DNA of 64,000 nucleotides from Clostridiales bacterium (GTDB lineage Bacteria; Bacillota; Clostridia; Christensenellales; UBA1242): NCBI GenBank assembly GCA_015055815.1, contig SVHM01000001.1, positions 41,774 to 105,773 of the forward strand, read 5' to 3'. Shown piece by piece: positions 60,566 to 64,000 of this stretch (position 1 is its first letter; each line of letters starts with the position of its first letter). The notes under the pieces were generated by a model. It saw only the letters and a program-made list of their open reading frames with translations, ran no database searches and was not told where the DNA came from. The position numbers and the translations under genes were made by a program.

Positions 60566-60594
60566 ATTATATACTTAAAAAAAGTATTTGTCAA
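60566..60594 (-). promoter_or_regulatory. Consensus sigma-A promoter of the infC-rpmI-rplT operon
   Basis: Minus strand TTGACA (60594-60589), a 17-nt spacer, then TATAAT (60571-60566). This leaves a ~150-nt leader before the ATT start. Confidence 0.65.
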
Positions 60595-60631
60595 CACAAA
60601 ATTGTAATTATTTCTAAAAAAAGGAGCAAAT

Positions 60632-61828
60632 TTATTGCTCCAACATCCAATCTATATAAATTCCAAAGCCTTTTGTTGGGTCATTTACAAAAACATGAGT
60701 AACCGCACCAATTAATTTTCCATCTTGAATTATAGGACTTCCACTCATACCTTGAACTATTCCACCAGTTCTTTCAATTAATTCTTCATCTATTACACGT
60801 ATAACCATACTCTTTTCATTGCATGACGATTGAAAATTAGTTTTTATAATTTCTATATCAAACGTCTCAATATTTTCACCATCTAAACAAGAATATATTT
60901 GAGCCTTGCCCGGCTTTGCTGAAAGCCTTCCACCTATTTCAACAGATGTTTTATCTGAAGTATAAACTTCTACATCATCTACAAAGCCATAAACACCATA
61001 CTCACAATTTTTATCAACACTACCAGTAACATTTTGTCTATTAAATGTACCAATTAGTTCTCCAGCTTTGCCACTTTTACCTTTGTTTATCCCCATTATT
61101 TTACTTTTGTAAATATTCCCACCACTAACTTCAATACATTCATTAGTTTCACTGTCATTTATAGAATGACCCAAAGACCCAAATCTTTTAGTTGTAGCAT
61201 TTATAAAAGTTAAAGTCCCAATTCCAACAGCATCTTCTTTTATCCAAAGCCCCAGTTTATAACTATCGGTAAGTCTATCATATGACGGAGTGATTTTTTT
61301 AGAAAGAATTTCACCATTACGATTAATTCTCAAATCCAATTCACCAATTGAATAACCTTTTAATATTTCGGCGATATCCCCTACATTTGAAATTTCAATA
61401 TCATTAATATGCGTAAGAATATCACCCGACCTTAAGCCACTATTCTCAAAAGGTTTTTCAATACCGTTATTTGTTAAAATATAATTTCCACCAACTAAAA
61501 TTACACCTTTTGACTGAAGAGAAAAACCAACCGTTTCACCACCAGCAAAATATCTATCAGGCTCAATAACATTTACTTTTAATTTTTTTATGTTAAACAA
61601 ATTAAAGAGTTTGTAGTTAATTACATATTCGTCAAAATCATCATCATTTGCCGACACTCTAGCAATATTTGACGTTAAAAAAACGCTGTTGTAATTTAAA
61701 TCATCAAGTTCGTCATAAGTAATAAACATTTCATCTTCAAAATTAATAAATGAATTATATGGAAAAAAAATTGAAGTACAAAAAAACAAGAAAATAACTA
61801 TTAACATTATTTTACTTTTTAATTTCAT
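60632..61828 (-). CDS. spoIVB: SpoIVB-type sporulation serine peptidase (S55) with PDZ domain
   Basis: GIGTLTFINATTKRFGSLGHSI, MSGSPIIQDGKLIGAVTHVFVNDPTKGFGI and an N-terminal signal anchor; position next to recN. Confidence 0.88.
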   Translation of the reverse strand: MKLKSKIMLIVIFLFFCTSIFFPYNSFINFEDEMFITYDELDDLNYNSVFLTSNIARVSANDDDFDEYVINYKLFNLFNIKKLKVNVIEPDRYFAGGETVGFSLQSKGVILVGGNYILTNNGIEKPFENSGLRSGDILTHINDIEISNVGDIAEILKGYSIGELDLRINRNGEILSKKITPSYDRLTDSYKLGLWIKEDAVGIGTLTFINATTKRFGSLGHSINDSETNECIEVSGGNIYKSKIMGINKGKSGKAGELIGTFNRQNVTGSVDKNCEYGVYGFVDDVEVYTSDKTSVEIGGRLSAKPGKAQIYSCLDGENIETFDIEIIKTNFQSSCNEKSMVIRVIDEELIERTGGIVQGMSGSPIIQDGKLIGAVTHVFVNDPTKGFGIYIDWMLEQ

Positions 61829-61920
61829 AAAAAATACCCCTAGTTTTATTCCTAGAAGTATTTTAAATAAATCATATCAATTTTATTCAATATTTGAAAT
61901 GGTAAATGTTGTAATTATAC

Positions 61921-63621
61921 TCAAATATTTTTCTTATATTCATTTGCTTCCATAATAATATTTTCAGCAAATGAAATGGATGATTGCATAGAAGAATTAC
62001 CAATCATTCTTGCCAATTCTTGCACTTTACTATTTTCATCAAGCATTTTAACATTAGTGATTGTTTTACCATCTTCTTCATACTTTTGAATTAAGAAGTT
62101 AGTATCACCAAAGGACGCTATCTGAGATAAATGTGTAATACATATTACTTGGTTATTTTTTGAAATTTTACAAATTTTCTTTCCAATTACAACACCAACT
62201 TCTCCACCAATTCCAGTATCAATTTCATCAAAAATACAAGTTTTGTTAAGTGAACTATTTTGCAAACATTTAAAACCAAGCATAAACCTACTCATTTCAC
62301 CACCAGAAATGATTTTTGTAAGCGGTCTTACTTCAACACCTAAATTGGCACTAAACATAAACTCAATTTCATCAGCACCACTTTCACTTACTACTTTTTC
62401 TATATTTTCCCTAGAAAATTCATTAGTAAATACTATTTCAAAATTAGCATTTTTCATACCTAATTCTCTAAGTTCTAAAATCATCTTATCTCTAAAAATA
62501 GAAAATTCTTTTTGTCTTATATTATGAAGTGTTAAACAAATTGAAAATATATTATCTAAGGTTTTTTCTTTTTCACTTCGTAAAAGTTCAAGTTTTTCTT
62601 CCGAATGCAATAAATTATCTAGTCTCTCAATAAGCCTTTCTTTTGTAATAAGAATATCCGCAATTGTATTACCATATTTTCTTTCCAAATCTTTTATAAG
62701 AGTTAAATCGTCTTGCAACTTATCAAGTTCTTCTTCATTATATTCGATATTATTTTTCTTTGAAGATAAACTACTTACAACATCATCAAGTTCATATTTA
62801 ATAGAATAAAGCCTTTCAACATCTGACTTAATATCACTATCATAATCAGAAATTCCCGTTAAAGAATTAATAGCTTGTTTAATAGCATTTGATATAGAAT
62901 ATTCACCGTCAAGGATTTCAGTTGAATTATTGACAGAAGAAAAAATCTTTTCACAATTAACCATTCTATCAATTTTTTGTTTTATTTCTTCTTCTTTACC
63001 ATCATATAAATTACTCTCATCAATTTCTTTTATTTGAAATTGTAATAATTCAATAGTATTTTCTCTATCTTTGTCAAGCCCACCCAATAATTTAATATTT
63101 TCATTAACGTCTTGTAAATGAAATAATTCATTGGAAAGAAAAATTTTCTGTTTAGATAATTTATCACTTAAGATATCATCCATCAAACTTAAATGATTAG
63201 CTGGATTAAGCAGTGCTTGACTATCATTTTGACCAAAAATATCGATTAGATAATTAGATACTTTTCTTAAAATATTAAGAGTTACAATCTCGCCATTTAT
63301 CCTGCATTCATTCTTACCGTTTAATGAAAAATGCCTTGATATTATCAATGTTCCTTCATTTTCTATATCAACGCTTGAAAGAACTTCATTAAGTTCAGAA
63401 AAATCTCTATCAACAGAAAAAACGCCTTCGACTTTAGCAAATTCTTCTCCCGACTTAATAAGGGTTTTATCTGCTCTTATACCCGTTAAAAAAAGTAGCG
63501 CATCTACAATCAATGATTTACCAGCACCCGTTTCACCGGTAAGCACATTAAACCCATCATTAAAATTTATAACAGATTTATCAATTAAAGCTAAATTAAT
63601 TATCTTAATACTTTCTAACAT
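61921..63621 (-). CDS. recN: DNA repair protein RecN
   Basis: Walker A GETGAGKSL, a long coiled coil, signature SGGEMSR and Walker B IFDEID. Confidence 0.95.
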   Translation of the reverse strand: MLESIKIINLALIDKSVINFNDGFNVLTGETGAGKSLIVDALLFLTGIRADKTLIKSGEEFAKVEGVFSVDRDFSELNEVLSSVDIENEGTLIISRHFSLNGKNECRINGEIVTLNILRKVSNYLIDIFGQNDSQALLNPANHLSLMDDILSDKLSKQKIFLSNELFHLQDVNENIKLLGGLDKDRENTIELLQFQIKEIDESNLYDGKEEEIKQKIDRMVNCEKIFSSVNNSTEILDGEYSISNAIKQAINSLTGISDYDSDIKSDVERLYSIKYELDDVVSSLSSKKNNIEYNEEELDKLQDDLTLIKDLERKYGNTIADILITKERLIERLDNLLHSEEKLELLRSEKEKTLDNIFSICLTLHNIRQKEFSIFRDKMILELRELGMKNANFEIVFTNEFSRENIEKVVSESGADEIEFMFSANLGVEVRPLTKIISGGEMSRFMLGFKCLQNSSLNKTCIFDEIDTGIGGEVGVVIGKKICKISKNNQVICITHLSQIASFGDTNFLIQKYEEDGKTITNVKMLDENSKVQELARMIGNSSMQSSISFAENIIMEANEYKKNI

Positions 63622-63716
63622 AATATCTCCATTAATTACATTCTAACAAAGAAAATCAAAAAAAACAAGTTAAAAAAAATACAATTACTAAGAATTGTAT
63701 TTCAGAAGATAACAAA

Positions 63717-64000
63717 TTAATTAAGTAGCGAATTCAACTTATCCTTAACAAAATAAGCATCATCATTATCGCTAGATACTATTAAAACTGTATCATCCCC
63801 ATATGTACAGCCTAAAATTTGCGATAGTGATAATTGGTCAATCAAACTACTAACCATGCCAGCAGTCCCCTTAATTGCTTTGACTACAGTTAAATTTGAT
63901 GCGTTTTTAATAGATATAACACATTCTTTAAATATGTTTAAGCATTTATTTGATAAAGCTTGTGTTGTAGAATTAACTACTGCATACTTGTACTTTTTAC
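63717..64000 (-). CDS. argR: Arginine repressor ArgR/AhrC, 3' part (5' end outside the window)
   Basis: The minus-strand frame ends ...ILGCTYGDDTVLIVSSDNDDAYFVKDKLNSLLN*, matching the ArgR C-terminal GTIAGDDT motif region. The stop is at 63717-63719. argR-recN synteny is conserved. Confidence 0.7.
   Translation of the reverse strand, partial: KKYKYAVVNSTTQALSNKCLNIFKECVISIKNASNLTVVKAIKGTAGMVSSLIDQLSLSQILGCTYGDDTVLIVSSDNDDAYFVKDKLNSLLN

Overview
The window is strongly AT-rich, uses the standard genetic code, and looks like a low-GC Firmicute (Clostridia-like gene order, SpoIVB sporulation protease present). No tRNA, rRNA or CRISPR array was seen. All calls are by eye from the sequence and ORF track; no searches were run.

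From about 20.7 to 64 kb it is a conserved housekeeping block. Almost every gene from 22.5 kb onward is on the minus strand: miaA, mutL, mutS, miaB, a PBP1A (+ strand), recA, cinA-like, pgsA, rimO, ftsK, ylxY-like deacetylase, pnp, rpsO, hemZ-like, rel, recJ, secDF, yajC, tgt, queA, ruvBAC, yebC, a TrmH-family methylase, rplT-rpmI-infC, spoIVB, recN and argR. A xer-type recombinase gene and lexA (+ strand) sit just before it.

From 0 to 12.5 kb there is a giant GLUG-repeat surface protein, an ABC exporter pair, a TVP38-family protein, a membrane-tethered PadR-like protein and a DUF45/M48 hydrolase.

The accessory region is about 12.8-20.75 kb. It holds a roughly 6.6 kb integrase-less element that looks like a filamentous phage:
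- a Zot/pI-like P-loop ATPase
- a Rep_trans (RstA-like) initiator
- many tiny transmembrane proteins and a pIII-like protein
- GC-rich hairpins that may be the origin

The element is bracketed by a 22-bp perfect direct repeat. That repeat contains a dif-like 11-6-11 palindrome. More copies of the arm lie nearby, one directly in front of the long-form Xer recombinase gene.

Gene orientation switches here, which suggests the replication terminus. My lead hypothesis is a Gram-positive element of the CTXphi type that integrates through the host Xer machinery (an IMEX). It carries a membrane-anchored DUF2726 nuclease-like gene on the opposite strand. A catalytically degenerate nucleotidyltransferase-fold gene sits beside it, flanked by inverted arm copies.

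Secondary observations:
- a 94-bp perfect inverted copy of a rep gene fragment
- a Rel protein lacking all hydrolase catalytic motifs
- a DUF1653 gene with an in-frame TAA
- an ATT-start infC
- LexA boxes at lexA and recA, and a Cys-Gly LexA cleavage site
- a recurrent HxH[TN/D]xxCY motif in the giant surface protein
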